From Selaginella moellendorffii (taxonomy: Eukaryota; Plantae; Lycopodiophyta), in assembly GCF_000143415.4 (NCBI RefSeq), contig NW_003314339.1:613751-677750 (forward strand): DNA of 64,000 nt. The letters run 5' to 3'. Shown here piece after piece: positions 63,869 to 64,000 of the stretch; position 1 is the first letter of the stretch; every line of letters begins with the position of its first letter. Both the position numbers and the translations under genes were made by a program. Under the pieces are notes generated by a model. It was not told the DNA's origin. It saw only the letters and a program-made list of their open reading frames with translations, and searched no databases.

Positions 63869-64000
63869 CTGCTGCAAATAGGATGGAGACGAGAGTTTTC
63901 CCAAGTCGAGCTTATGCATGGCGTCTGAGCTTTGAGGGTGTGATGCCACAAGAGTGGTGGGATGGATTTGCAACAAAAGCTGAGATGTACAACTCACTTG

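Overview
Eukaryotic plant genomic DNA. Very high gene density, ~50-bp introns and land-plant gene families suggest a lycophyte such as Selaginella (inference). The left ~18 kb is a degenerate zone: two tandem Ty3/gypsy LTR retroelements, a DUF309 pseudogene copy, a shattered and partly inverted alpha-COP pseudogene, PPR and kelch remnants, and nested LTR-like debris with a perfect hairpin. Embedded in it is an adjacent pair of xanthophyll genes: a beta-carotene hydroxylase and an atypical, C-terminally truncated violaxanthin de-epoxidase. From 18.4 kb onward genes are tightly packed: TAD1, an RCC1+HECT (HERC-like) E3 ligase, PNISR-like, DUF309, an intronless FCP1/NIF + Tpt1 fusion with both active sites degenerate, RPL9, COG5, RlmN-like, acyl-ACP thioesterase, an NAD(P)-binding SDR, ABCG/PDR, PRA1, S6K, ZIP2-like, GATL, AUG7, FPF1, Tic22-like and SAP30BP. 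The apparent duplications at 43-53.5 kb flank 100-N gaps and are probably haplotype-overlap assembly artefacts. A complete Pack-MULE-like element (9-bp TSD, ~97-bp TIRs, captured LRR-RLK fragment) sits upstream of the ZIP gene. Strongest leads: the NIF-Tpt1 double pseudoenzyme, the BCH + atypical VDE pair, the Pack-MULE, the HERC-like ligase and ~36-52-bp telo-box bidirectional spacers. Homology calls come from remembered family motifs, not database searches. Multi-exon coordinates are gene spans.
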